Shown: piece by piece, positions 1 to 9,705 of the stretch
Layout: every line of letters starts with the position of its first letter
How positions within the stretch are numbered: the stretch's first letter is position 1
Source of the DNA: Deltaproteobacteria bacterium
Lineage (GTDB): Bacteria; Myxococcota; Kuafuiibacteriia; Kuafuiibacteriales; Kuafuiibacteriaceae
Direction: 5' to 3'
DNA: 64,000 nt
Assembly (NCBI GenBank): GCA_040218735.1
Contig: JAVJQW010000023.1
Coordinates: 256,001-320,000 of the forward strand
Notes under the pieces: model-generated
What the model saw: the letters and a program-made list of their open reading frames with translations, nothing else
Databases searched by the model: none
What the model was told of the DNA's origin: nothing
Made by a program: the position numbers and the translations under genes

Positions 1-132
1 CGTCGAGGGTCTGGGCCTGGGCCTGAGCGGTCGTCGCGAGGAAGACGGCGACGACGAGAGAGCCGATCCGGGCGGGGCGCACCCGCTTAGCCAACCCGAT
101 GGCGAGCGGCTCGACAAGCCCCGAGCGCGCCG

Positions 133-1032
133 TCACGTCCCGCGAATCTTGTCGGAGTAAGCGAGGATGGCCCGGACGTACTCGTCGTTCGGGTTGTACG
201 CCCGAAACGCCTTCGCCCGAGCGTCACGGCTGTCACGTTTGTAGCCGTGCACCACGAGGTAGTTCGCCGTGCTCGCGACCGCGTCGGGGATGGTCGACAG
301 ATCCACGACCCCGTCCGCGTCCCCGTCGACCGCCCACTTCAGGCTCGCCGGCATGAACTGGGTGATCCCGATGGCGCCCGCCCAGGACCCCTTGAAGCCG
401 AGCGGGTCCATCTGACGGGAGCGCGCATACTTCAGGAGCGTCGCGAGGTTCTTCACCGCGTAGCGCACCCGCCGCTTCACCCGCTTGGCGTTCTTCTTCC
501 GCGACACCGCGCCGGACTGGTCGAAGTCCCCGCGCGCCGCCGCCGCGTCGGCCATCTGCTGTAGGTAGGCCATGTTCGCGACGAAGACCTGGGCGACCAC
601 GAACGACCCCTGCACCTCCCCGAACCGCGACTCGGTGTTCATCATCGCGAGGAGGTCCTCGATGCTGACCTGGTACTCTCTGCTGACCGCCTCCAACACC
701 TTCGCGTGATCGACGCGGAACTTCCGTCCGAGCGCGAGGCGCGACTTCGAGGTGAGGATGCTCATCACGCTGCGCACACGTTTGTGCTGGCGCTTCGGCG
801 ACAGGGGCGAGGCGTACTTCTCGACCCACTTCAGCTCTTTGCTCGTGACCTCGATGCGCTTCAGGAACGCGTCGACCTCGTCTTGGGTGAGCGTGATCCC
901 CCCGCTCGACTTCTCGGGTTTCTTCGCCGCCGCGATCAGCGCCTTGTACTCCGGGGTCTTCTCGAACCACGCCACGTCGAAGGTCGGCGGCGGAGCCATA
1001 CTGAGGAGCCCGGCGAGCAGGGAAGGAATCAC
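133..1032 (-). CDS. Lytic murein transglycosylase, MltB/SLT_2 family
   Basis: Motifs ESRFG, GSWAGAIGITQFMPAS and AVDGDADGVVDL...DAVASTANYL typical of MltB-type enzymes; hydrophobic N-terminus. Confidence 0.88.
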   Translation of the reverse strand: MIPSLLAGLLSMAPPPTFDVAWFEKTPEYKALIAAAKKPEKSSGGITLTQDEVDAFLKRIEVTSKELKWVEKYASPLSPKRQHKRVRSVMSILTSKSRLALGRKFRVDHAKVLEAVSREYQVSIEDLLAMMNTESRFGEVQGSFVVAQVFVANMAYLQQMADAAAARGDFDQSGAVSRKKNAKRVKRRVRYAVKNLATLLKYARSRQMDPLGFKGSWAGAIGITQFMPASLKWAVDGDADGVVDLSTIPDAVASTANYLVVHGYKRDSRDARAKAFRAYNPNDEYVRAILAYSDKIRGT

Positions 1033-1133
1033 GGCGTCACCATGATCCGCCGAGGATCCACGCGCAAGGGAGACCGCATGGTGGTGCGACGCGAACGTCC
1101 CGGGACGGATTCAAGCGCGCGCGAACGAATCCG

Positions 1134-1541
1134 ATGACAAGGGCAGACGTGAGGCGTACGATGCGCGCAGTGCGGCGTCTGTTCGCCAGCTTCTTGGCCC
1201 TGTGGGTGATCCTCGCGACGACGGGTGTCGACGCGACGGTCTACTTCTGCGCCGGGATGGGCGAGGTCAGCCAGCACCCCTGCTGCGCCGGCGACGAAGA
1301 ACCGGCAGGCCCCCGCATCGAGGAGCTCGGGCACCACGGCTGCTGCGCCGTCGCCTCGCTCGAGCAGGACGAACGCGCCACCGCCGCGCCCGACGCCCCC
1401 GCGGTGTCCTTCGTCGCGACGCCGGCGCTGATCTTCGCCCTCCCGCAGCCCGTACCCGCGCCCCTCGCGCGCTTCACGTACGCACGCGGTCCCCCCGGGG
1501 GCCCCCCCTTGTTCATCGAACATCGCGCCCTGCTGATCTGA
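1134..1541 (+). CDS. Small Cys/His-rich exported protein (HYC_CC_PP/DUF2946-like) leading the metal-efflux operon; start may be ATG 1161
   Basis: Hydrophobic N-terminus, YFC, HPCC, HHGCC, Pro-rich segment, RGPP, C-terminal LFIEHRALLI; lies directly upstream of cusC-like gene. Confidence 0.65.
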   Translation: MTRADVRRTMRAVRRLFASFLALWVILATTGVDATVYFCAGMGEVSQHPCCAGDEEPAGPRIEELGHHGCCAVASLEQDERATAAPDAPAVSFVATPALIFALPQPVPAPLARFTYARGPPGGPPLFIEHRALLI

Positions 1542-1587
1542 AACGCCCTCCTTCGCGCACTTCTCTTCGCGACGAACGGAGGACCCC

Positions 1588-2793
1588 ATGGTGTTCACCA
1601 CGATGGGCGCGGTCGTACTTGCGGCCGTCGCCACGTCGACCCCCACGCTGAGCCGCAGCGCGCTCATCGCACGGGTCGTCGACCAAAACCCGCGGCTTCG
1701 CGCCTCGGCCTCGGCCGAAGCACGAGCTCGCTTCGCCGCCGACGGCGCCGACGCCTGGCCCGACCCGATGGTCGCGTACCGGTTCTCGCCGCCGAGCATC
1801 TTCGACGACCGCGTCCGCTACGGGCAGGCGATCGACGTGCAGCAGCGCATCCCGTGGTTCGGGAAACGCGGACAGATGGAGGCAGCAGCGCGTGCGGAAG
1901 CGGACGGCGCGAAGGCGTCGACCGAAGCCCTCGCGCTCGACCTCGCGCTCGAGACCTCGCGGCTGTTCGACGAGGTCGCTTACGTCACGCGCGCGGAGTC
2001 GATCTTCGGGCAACACGTCGAGCTGCTCGAGACGCTCCGCGCCACAGCCGACGCACGCTACGCGACCGGCCAGGCGCTTCGGCAAGATGTCTTGCGCGCC
2101 GAGGCGGCGCTCCTCCATACGCGGCACCGCCTGATCGATCTCGCGAGCCAACGTGCCGTGCTCCTCGCGCGGCTCGACGCGCTGATGCACCGGGGCCCCA
2201 ACGCCGAGGCCCTCGTCCTCGACGGGGCGCCGCTCGCGGTCCTCCCCGGCGAACGGTCGACCGCCCCGGAGCTCCTGCGCATCGACGCGTCGCTTCGCAT
2301 GACGAGCGCGCAGGCGGAGTCGGCGCGGCTCGACTACTTCCCGGACCTCACCGTCGGCGGGACGTACAGCTCGATGTGGGCGCAGCTGTCGCACCGGTTC
2401 ATGGTCGGCGTCGGCGTGCAGATCCCGCTCGCGCTCGGTCGTCGCGAAGCCAAGGAGCAGGAGGTCGCCGCCGAACAGCAGCGCCTCGCCGAGCAACGCA
2501 AGGCCGTCGAAGACGACCTCGCCTACGCGCTCGACGCGGCCTCCACGCAGATGGCCGCCGCGAGACGCATCGTCGCGCTGTACGACGGTGAGCTGCTCGG
2601 CCTCGCGCGCGAGCGCGTCGCCGCCGCGCAGTCCGAGCTCGAGTCCGGGCTCGGGAGCTTCGCGGGCGTCATCGATGCGCAGCGCGAGCTCCTCACCCTG
2701 TCCTTGGAACGACACCGCGCCGAAGCGGACATGTCGATCGCCGCCGCGCGCGCGTGGCGTGCCGCCGGGATGATCCCCGGCGCGAAGGAGTAA
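1588..2793 (+). CDS. TolC/CusC-family outer membrane efflux protein
   Basis: NPRL, WPDP, QRIPWFGKRG, YFPDLTVG, RYATG motifs; first gene of RND operon; GGAGG upstream of ATG. Confidence 0.85.
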   Translation: MVFTTMGAVVLAAVATSTPTLSRSALIARVVDQNPRLRASASAEARARFAADGADAWPDPMVAYRFSPPSIFDDRVRYGQAIDVQQRIPWFGKRGQMEAAARAEADGAKASTEALALDLALETSRLFDEVAYVTRAESIFGQHVELLETLRATADARYATGQALRQDVLRAEAALLHTRHRLIDLASQRAVLLARLDALMHRGPNAEALVLDGAPLAVLPGERSTAPELLRIDASLRMTSAQAESARLDYFPDLTVGGTYSSMWAQLSHRFMVGVGVQIPLALGRREAKEQEVAAEQQRLAEQRKAVEDDLAYALDAASTQMAAARRIVALYDGELLGLARERVAAAQSELESGLGSFAGVIDAQRELLTLSLERHRAEADMSIAAARAWRAAGMIPGAKE

Positions 2794-2796
2794 GCC

Positions 2797-3990
2797 ATGC
2801 GCTTCATCGTCCTCCTCTCGCTGCTCACCTCGTCCATCGCCTACGCCCAACCAGCGTCGCAGCCCGCGTCACGCCCCGCGTCGCAGCCCGCGCACGAAGG
2901 ACACGACCAAGTCGCGCACTACACGTGCCCGATGCACCCGTCCGTGAAGAGCGCGGAGCCGGGCAAGTGCCCGATCTGCGGGATGCCGTTGACCCCGGTG
3001 AAACAGTCCGAGCTGGAGACCGGCACCGTCGTCATCGACTCCGCGACGCGGAAGAACGTCGGCATCCGCACCGCCGAGGTCACCGTGCAGCCCATCACGC
3101 GCGAGCTGCGTGCCTTCGGCGACGTCGCGTACGACGAGGCGCGCCTCTTCGACGTCGCGCCACGCGTCCACGGGTGGGTCGTCGCGCTCGCCGCGCGTGT
3201 GTCCGGCCAACGGGTCTCGCGCGGGCAGGTCCTCTGCACGCTGTACAGCCCGGACGTGTACGCGGCGGAGCTGCAGCTGTTGGACGTCTTGGCGCGGGGG
3301 GCGGACCGTCGCTCCCTCGCGACGTTCGAACGGAAGCTGAGCCTCCTCGGCGTCGCGCAGCGCGACATCGAAGCGTTGAAGAAGCGCCGCACGCCCCACG
3401 AAGCGATCCCGATCCGCGCGCCCGCGAGCGGCTTCGTCATCGACAAGAACATCGTCGAGGGCACGCACGCCGACGCCGGGACGCGCCTCTTCCGCGTCGC
3501 CGCCCTCGACTCCGTCTGGCTCGAAGCACGTTTGTTCGAAGAGGACGCTTCGCTCGTCGCCGTCGGCCAGGAGGTGAAGGTCGAGCTCGCGCACGTCGCC
3601 GGCCCGGCAGCGACGGGGCGCGTGGTGCAGGTGCTCCCGTACCTCGACGGCGCGACCCGCAGCGTCGTCGCACGCGTCGCGCTCGACAACCCGGACGGCC
3701 ACTACAAACCGGGGATGTACGCGGACGCGACCTTCTCCATCCCCGTGGGCGAAGTGCTGCAGGTCCCCGAGGACGCCGTGTTGTTCGCCGGGCGGACGCG
3801 GTTGGTGTTCGTGGAGCGCGACGGAGATCGGCTCACCCCCGTCGAGGTCACGACGGGGCTTCGCGCGAACGGAAGGATCGAGATCCGCGAAGGGCTGAAA
3901 CCCGGCGACCGCGTCGTGGTGTCCGGCAACTTCCTCGTCGCCGCCGAGAGCCGGCTGCGTTCGGCGGCGCGGTACTGGAGCGACGAGTGA
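2797..3990 (+). CDS. cusB: CusB-type RND periplasmic adaptor with heavy-metal-binding domain
   Basis: YTCPMHP...PGKCPICGMPL domain; LYSPD, KPGMYA, GDRVVVSGNFL..AES motifs. Confidence 0.9.
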   Translation: MRFIVLLSLLTSSIAYAQPASQPASRPASQPAHEGHDQVAHYTCPMHPSVKSAEPGKCPICGMPLTPVKQSELETGTVVIDSATRKNVGIRTAEVTVQPITRELRAFGDVAYDEARLFDVAPRVHGWVVALAARVSGQRVSRGQVLCTLYSPDVYAAELQLLDVLARGADRRSLATFERKLSLLGVAQRDIEALKKRRTPHEAIPIRAPASGFVIDKNIVEGTHADAGTRLFRVAALDSVWLEARLFEEDASLVAVGQEVKVELAHVAGPAATGRVVQVLPYLDGATRSVVARVALDNPDGHYKPGMYADATFSIPVGEVLQVPEDAVLFAGRTRLVFVERDGDRLTPVEVTTGLRANGRIEIREGLKPGDRVVVSGNFLVAAESRLRSAARYWSDE

Positions 3991-6900
3991 ATCGCCTCGT
4001 CGCTCGTTTGATCGAAGCGTGCGCGCGCGCGCCGTGGACGACGCTGTTGTTCGTCGCGGCGCTGCTCGTGTGGGCGGGGTACGCGATCCGTGACACGAAG
4101 CTCGACGCGATCCCGGACCTCTCGGATACGCAGGTGATCATCCTGACGGAGTGGCCGGGGCGGAGCCCGGATCTGGTGGAGGACCAGATCACGTACCCGC
4201 TCTCGTCGTCGTTGCTCGGTGCACCGAAGGTGAAGTTCGTGCGCGGGCAGTCGTTCTTCGGGCTGTCGTTCGTGTACGTCGTCTTCGAGGACGGCACCGA
4301 CCTGTACTGGGCGCGCAGCCGCATCGTCGAGTACATGGCGGGCGCGGCGTTGCCGGACGGCGTCACGCCGAAGCTCGGCCCCGACGCGACCGGCGTCGGC
4401 TGGGTCTTTCAGTACGCGCTGGTGGATCGCTCCGGCGAACACGACCTCGCCGCACTGCGCTCGCTGCAGGACTTCGACGTTCGCTACGCGCTGCAGAGCG
4501 TCCCGGGCGTCGCGGAGGTGGCGTCCGTCGGCGGATTCGTGAAGCAGTACCAGGTCACGCTCGACCCTGTTCGCCTGCAGGCCTTCGGCGTCTCCGTGCC
4601 CACCGTCGTGAAGGCGGTGCGCGCGTCGAACGCCGACGTCGGCGGACGCACCGTGGAGATCGCCGGCCACGAACACATGATCCGCGGCCGCGGCTACGTG
4701 AAGACCACCGAGGACCTCGAAGCGGTCGTCGTGAAGACCGGCGAGGACGGCACTCCGGTCACGATCGGTGAGCTGGGTCGCGTGGTGATCGGGCCCGACC
4801 AACGCCGCGGCGTCGCGGAGCTGAACGGCGAAGGCGAGGTCGTCGGTGGCATCGTCGTGATGCGCTACGGCGAAAACGCCCTCGCCACGATCGACCGCGT
4901 GAAGGCGCGCCTCGAATCGGTGCGCGCCGGGCTCCCGGACGGCGTCGAGCTCGAGGTCGTCTACGACCGCTCCGAGCTCATCGAGCGGGCGATCGACACC
5001 CTCGCGACGACGCTCCTCGAAGAGATGCTCGTGGTCGCGATCGTCATCTTCCTGTTCCTGCTCAGCCTGCGCAGCGCGGTGATCCCGATCGTCACCCTAC
5101 CCGTCGCCGTCGCGCTGGCGTTCATCCCGATGGCGGCGCAAGGGCTCACCGCCAACATCATGTCGCTCGGCGGGATCGCGGTCGCGATCGGCGCGATGGT
5201 CGACGCCTCGATCATCATCATCGAGAACGTCCACACCACCCTCGAAGGTCGAGAGCTGGAGGGCGAGGCACGTCGCGCGGCGGTGATCCGCGCGATGCAG
5301 GAGGTCGGACCGTCGATCTTCTTCTCACTGCTCGTGATCACGGTGTCGTTCATCCCCGTCTTCACGTTGCAGGCGACGGAGGGTCGGCTCTTCAAACCGC
5401 TCGCGTTCACGAAGACGTACGCGATGGGCTTCGCCGCGTTGATGGCGGTGACGCTCACGCCCGCACTCGTGGTGCTCCTCGTCCGGCGCGCGAAGTCCGC
5501 GAGCCGCCTCGAGCACCTCCTCGTCGCCCTGTACCGCCCCGTGGTTCGGTTCGTGGTGCGCCACCGCTTCGCGGTGGTGATCGTCGCCGTGCTGATCGTC
5601 GCCACGACCGTTCCTGTGTTCGCGCGGATCGGTTCGGAGTTCATGCCTCCGCTCGACGAGGGGGCGCTGCTGTACATGCCGACGTCCCCGCCCGGCATGT
5701 CGATCACCGAGGCCGCCAACGTGGTCCGGTCGATGAACCGCGAGCTGAAGAAGGTTCCGGAGGTCGTTTCGGTGTTCGGCAAGATGGGGCGCGCCGAGAC
5801 AGCGACGGATCCGGCACCGCTGTCGATGGCGGAGACGGTGATCGTGCTGAAGCCACGCGAGGCGTGGCGCCCCGGGCTCACGACCGACGCGTTGATCGAC
5901 GAGCTCGACGAACGAATGCGCTACCCCGGCATGCCCAACGTCTGGTGGATGCCGATCCAGACGCGCACCGAGATGCTCTCGACGGGCGTTCGCAGCCCGA
6001 TCGGCATCCAGATCTTCGGCGACGATCTGAAGACGATCGAAGACGCCGCCGTGCGGGTGGAGAAGGCGGTCGCCGAGATCGAAGGCACGCGGAGCGCCTT
6101 CGCCGAACGTTCGACCGGAGGGTTCTTCGTCGACTTCGAAGTGCGTCGGCGCGACGCCGCACGCTACGGCTTGTCGGTCGAGGACGTGAACACGATCGTG
6201 ACCTCCGCGATCGGCGGCATGAACGTCTCCCAGATCGTGGACGGCCGCGAGCGCTACCCGGTCAACGTGCGCTACGCGCGCGACTTCCGCGACACCCCGG
6301 ACGCGCTGGAGGAGGTCCTCGTCACCACCCCGTCCGGCGCGCACATCCCGATCTCCCAGGTCGCCGACGTCCACTTCCGCACCGGGCCGCCGATGATCCG
6401 CAGCGAGGCCGGCGCGCTCGTCGGTTTTGTGTTCGTCGATCCGGGCGACGTCCCGCTGCAGGACTACGTGGAGCGCGCGCAGGCCGTCGTCGCGGGGCTG
6501 GACCTCCCCGCGGGGGTGCGCGTCGGGTGGGCCGGGCAGTTCTCGCACCTCGAACGCGCGAAGGCGCAGCTGACGTTGGTGCTACCGCTGACGCTCTTCC
6601 TCGTCGTGCTGCTGTTGTACTGGAACACCGGCTCGCTCACCGAGACCGCGATCGTGTTGCTCGCGGTGCCGTTCTCGCTCGTCGGCGCGGTGTGGCTCCT
6701 GTTCGGGCTCGGCTACAACCTGAGCGTCGCGGTGTGGGTCGGGCTCATCGCGCTCGCCGGCCTCGACGCGGAGACCGGCGTCGTGATGCTGCTGTACTTG
6801 AAGCTCGCGTACCGCGATCGCCAGGACGGCGAGCCGCTCGTCGACGTCATCGAACGCGGCGCCGCCCACCGCGTGCGACCCAAGCTGATGACGGTGCTGA

Positions 6901-7106
6901 CCGGGATCGTGGGGCTCGTGCCGATCCTGTGGAGCACGGGGACCGGCTCCGACGTGATGCGCCGAATCGCCGCGCCGATGGTCGGGGGCTTGGTGACGTC
7001 GTTCCTGCTGGAGCTGACGGTGTACCCGGCGCTGTTCGCGATTTGGAAGGGGCGCGCTACAGCGTCGACGCCGAATCGATCAGGAAGCGACGCACCAGCT
7101 CCGTGA
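3987..7106 (+). CDS. cusA: CusA/CzcA heavy-metal RND permease (GTG start overlapping cusB stop)
   Basis: LDAIPDLSDTQVII, EDQITYPL, GPDATGVGWVFQY, NIMSLGGIAVAIGAMVDA, RPKLMT, RIAAPMVGG; real start is GTG 3987 inside ORF 2754..7106. Confidence 0.95.
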   Translation: MNRLVARLIEACARAPWTTLLFVAALLVWAGYAIRDTKLDAIPDLSDTQVIILTEWPGRSPDLVEDQITYPLSSSLLGAPKVKFVRGQSFFGLSFVYVVFEDGTDLYWARSRIVEYMAGAALPDGVTPKLGPDATGVGWVFQYALVDRSGEHDLAALRSLQDFDVRYALQSVPGVAEVASVGGFVKQYQVTLDPVRLQAFGVSVPTVVKAVRASNADVGGRTVEIAGHEHMIRGRGYVKTTEDLEAVVVKTGEDGTPVTIGELGRVVIGPDQRRGVAELNGEGEVVGGIVVMRYGENALATIDRVKARLESVRAGLPDGVELEVVYDRSELIERAIDTLATTLLEEMLVVAIVIFLFLLSLRSAVIPIVTLPVAVALAFIPMAAQGLTANIMSLGGIAVAIGAMVDASIIIIENVHTTLEGRELEGEARRAAVIRAMQEVGPSIFFSLLVITVSFIPVFTLQATEGRLFKPLAFTKTYAMGFAALMAVTLTPALVVLLVRRAKSASRLEHLLVALYRPVVRFVVRHRFAVVIVAVLIVATTVPVFARIGSEFMPPLDEGALLYMPTSPPGMSITEAANVVRSMNRELKKVPEVVSVFGKMGRAETATDPAPLSMAETVIVLKPREAWRPGLTTDALIDELDERMRYPGMPNVWWMPIQTRTEMLSTGVRSPIGIQIFGDDLKTIEDAAVRVEKAVAEIEGTRSAFAERSTGGFFVDFEVRRRDAARYGLSVEDVNTIVTSAIGGMNVSQIVDGRERYPVNVRYARDFRDTPDALEEVLVTTPSGAHIPISQVADVHFRTGPPMIRSEAGALVGFVFVDPGDVPLQDYVERAQAVVAGLDLPAGVRVGWAGQFSHLERAKAQLTLVLPLTLFLVVLLLYWNTGSLTETAIVLLAVPFSLVGAVWLLFGLGYNLSVAVWVGLIALAGLDAETGVVMLLYLKLAYRDRQDGEPLVDVIERGAAHRVRPKLMTVLTGIVGLVPILWSTGTGSDVMRRIAAPMVGGLVTSFLLELTVYPALFAIWKGRATASTPNRSGSDAPAP

Positions 7107-8487
7107 GATCGGAGTCCGCGAGGAGGCGCCCGACCTCTTCGTCGCTCGCCGGGCGTTGCTCGCGGCCGGTGATGAACGTGATCGGCGGATCCTTCGCCGC
7201 ATCGAACGCCATCTTCTCTTCGCCGTACGCGGAGACCTCCAGGTGCACGCTGTTGTACTGCGCGTTGTTGGACCGCGCGGCGATCACGACCTGGCTCTTG
7301 GGTTCGGCCGGGTGCGGGAGGCGAAGCTCCTGGCCGGCGAGGCACACCCCCTGGGTCTGGCGGATCAGCCCCAACAAATCCGGCGAGCGCAGCGCGCGAC
7401 GCGCCTCGGCGGTCTTCGTCCCGTAGACCGCGAGGTCGAGCTCGAACTTCCCCCGGTCGCCGATGTCAGGCGCGTAGGCGTAGTCGTCCCCGAGCAGGAC
7501 GCCGAGCTGCCGCGCGTACTCGAGGCGCTGATCGCGCTGCACGAGGAAGTCGCGGTTCATCTCGCGAAGGCGTTGAGGGATCGGGACGCGCCACTTGATC
7601 GCCCGCGCCAGCTCGACCGCGTTGTCGTCCGACGGCGCCTTGGCGAGCGCGCCGATCGCGTCATGGATCGCTTCGCTCCCGTCGACGAACGCGTCGAGGC
7701 GCTTCCGCGCCGCGGCGGGGAGCGGGAGCTGGTCGGCGGAGGGCAGACCGGCCGCGGCGAGCGCTCCTTCGAGGCGGGCCACGACCCCCTCGCGCGTGAC
7801 CGTCCCGTAGTTGCCCTTCACGTCGTCGGCGACGACGCGGGTGACCGCGTCGATGACCGCCTGGACGTCGGCGACCTTCGGCGACTTCCTGAGGTGCTTC
7901 GTGACGAGCATCTGCAGCTCGAGGCCCCCGGCGTTGCGCCCGGTCATCGCGCGGAGGCGAACCAGCGCGTTGCCCTCGAACTTCAGCCCCTGGTTCGTCA
8001 CCAGCGGGGCGATGAGCTCGGGCTGGACGTGGGACTTCTTGTCCTTCTCGAACGCGTCGACTTCGTCGTCGGTGATGACGCCGTCCGCCGTCATCACGTG
8101 CAGGTGATGCAACCCGACGAAGCGCTGCGCGAGCGCCTTCTCGACCTCCGCGCCGAAGGCCTCGACGAGCGTCTGCTGCCCGTCGGGCTCGACCCGGTCC
8201 GCAAACTCGTTCAGGAACGCGCCGATCTGTTGGCCGAAGACGGAGATCTCGAGGTTGGTGCCATCGAGCTCGCTCTTCGCGGCCTCGACGATGCGTTTGG
8301 CCGCGCTCGCGGTGAGCTTGGTCCCGTCGTCGACGAACTTCTGCAAGTCGTGTTGCAACCGTCCGGCGTTCGGCCGGAAACGGTGCCCACTCCTCAGCTC
8401 GGTCTGATACTCCCCCGGGTAACCGTGGTCGGGACCGACGAAGTGCTCGGTGCGGAATTGGAAGCGCGGTACGACCCCTGCCGACAT
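7057..8487 (-). CDS. Hypothetical protein
   Basis: Long ORF with protein-like composition; ATG 8487 chosen; no recognised family; 3' end overlaps cusA 3' end by 50 bp. Confidence 0.6.
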   Translation of the reverse strand: MSAGVVPRFQFRTEHFVGPDHGYPGEYQTELRSGHRFRPNAGRLQHDLQKFVDDGTKLTASAAKRIVEAAKSELDGTNLEISVFGQQIGAFLNEFADRVEPDGQQTLVEAFGAEVEKALAQRFVGLHHLHVMTADGVITDDEVDAFEKDKKSHVQPELIAPLVTNQGLKFEGNALVRLRAMTGRNAGGLELQMLVTKHLRKSPKVADVQAVIDAVTRVVADDVKGNYGTVTREGVVARLEGALAAAGLPSADQLPLPAAARKRLDAFVDGSEAIHDAIGALAKAPSDDNAVELARAIKWRVPIPQRLREMNRDFLVQRDQRLEYARQLGVLLGDDYAYAPDIGDRGKFELDLAVYGTKTAEARRALRSPDLLGLIRQTQGVCLAGQELRLPHPAEPKSQVVIAARSNNAQYNSVHLEVSAYGEEKMAFDAAKDPPITFITGREQRPASDEEVGRLLADSDLTELVRRFLIDSASTL

Positions 8488-8564
8488 CTCGCTCGGAGTT
8501 ATCGCCGGCAGGTGTATGCGAGTTGCCGACCCCGGTCCTGCGGACCGGGACATTCGGCCCCGGC

Positions 8565-9665
8565 TCAGATGGCGTCCATCATGAACGGGTAGGTCACGAT
8601 CACCACGCCCCCGCCGCGCGGCTTCGGGAACTTCAGCGTCCGCATCACCCGCACCACGCAGCCCTCCACGACCGCGCTGTCCAGCGAGGACTCCTGCACT
8701 CCGGCCGACGCGACCGAGCCGGTGGGGAGGATCTTGAAGCGCAGCGACACCCGCCCGCGGAGGTTCGGGTTCGCGTTGAGCTCGCGCTCGTAGCAGAACC
8801 TGAACCGCGCGAGGTTGCGACGAATGACCCGACCGACCGCCGCCTTGTCGAGCCCGTCGTTCAGGATGATGCGCCCGCCGGGCCGCACCGGCGAGTGCAG
8901 GTGTCGACCGCGCCCGCCGAGGTTGATGTTCGCGCCGCCGGGGCGCCCGCGCCCCGGGCCGATCCCGATGCCGCCGATCCCGATCGAACGACCGCCGCCG
9001 CCCGGGCCGTGACCGCGCGTGCCGAGCCCGCCGGCACCACCCGCGTCGCCCATGGCGGTACCGCGCAGGCCCCCCATGGCTTCGTTGATCCCCGCGCCGA
9101 GCCCGCCGGCGCCGAGGAGCCCTTCGAGGGCGCCGCCGCTCGCGAGCGCGCCGAGGAGACCCGAGCTCATCGCGATGTCGCGATCGCTGCCACCGCCGGC
9201 CTTCTTCGACGGCGCGGCGTCACGCAGCGGTGCCTTCGGACCGAAGCGCCCTTCATCGCCGCGGTGCCGACCGGCCCCGATGCGACCGGCGAGGTCGAGC
9301 GGCTTGTACCTCGGGTCCGGGCTCCGCGTTCGGTAGACCTTGATGTCCGGACGCACGCGAGCGAGCCCGTTGAATTCGAACGGCCGCGTCGGCGGCGTGA
9401 CCCACGCGGCGGCCACGAAGAACACGTGCGCCAACATGGAGATCGCGAAGACCCGCGCGACGCCCCAGTCGAGCGTCGATACCCGCTGCGGTCGTTCCGC
9501 CGCGTCGACCGACTGCGAACGAATCACGAGCCCGTCGCGTTCGATGCGCTCCGCATCGACGTGGACGTCGATGGGCCCACGCGCGAGCGTCTGCCCCGCG
9601 GGGAGGTGCACGGTGTCGAGCACCGTGTCTTGCCAGAGGAAGGTGACCTGTTTGCCCCGCGTCAT
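8565..9665 (-). CDS. GltG/AgmX-like protein with TM helix, Gly-rich linker and TonB-like C-terminal domain
   Basis: W.D.VL N-terminal motif, SMLAH TM segment, GGLGTRGHGPGGGG linker, C-terminal RFCYERELNANPNLRGRV...VEGC...FPKPRGGGVVIVTYPF. Confidence 0.8.
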   Translation of the reverse strand: MTRGKQVTFLWQDTVLDTVHLPAGQTLARGPIDVHVDAERIERDGLVIRSQSVDAAERPQRVSTLDWGVARVFAISMLAHVFFVAAAWVTPPTRPFEFNGLARVRPDIKVYRTRSPDPRYKPLDLAGRIGAGRHRGDEGRFGPKAPLRDAAPSKKAGGGSDRDIAMSSGLLGALASGGALEGLLGAGGLGAGINEAMGGLRGTAMGDAGGAGGLGTRGHGPGGGGRSIGIGGIGIGPGRGRPGGANINLGGRGRHLHSPVRPGGRIILNDGLDKAAVGRVIRRNLARFRFCYERELNANPNLRGRVSLRFKILPTGSVASAGVQESSLDSAVVEGCVVRVMRTLKFPKPRGGGVVIVTYPFMMDAI

Positions 9666-9705
9666 GTTCAACCGACACGACGCGAGGCGCGTTGGTTCCG
9701 GCGTT

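Noticed and set aside
2754-3986. Apparent 411-aa N-terminal extension of CusA in the ORF track
   Set aside because: Arg/Ala-rich shadow frame over cusB; real CusA starts at GTG 3987
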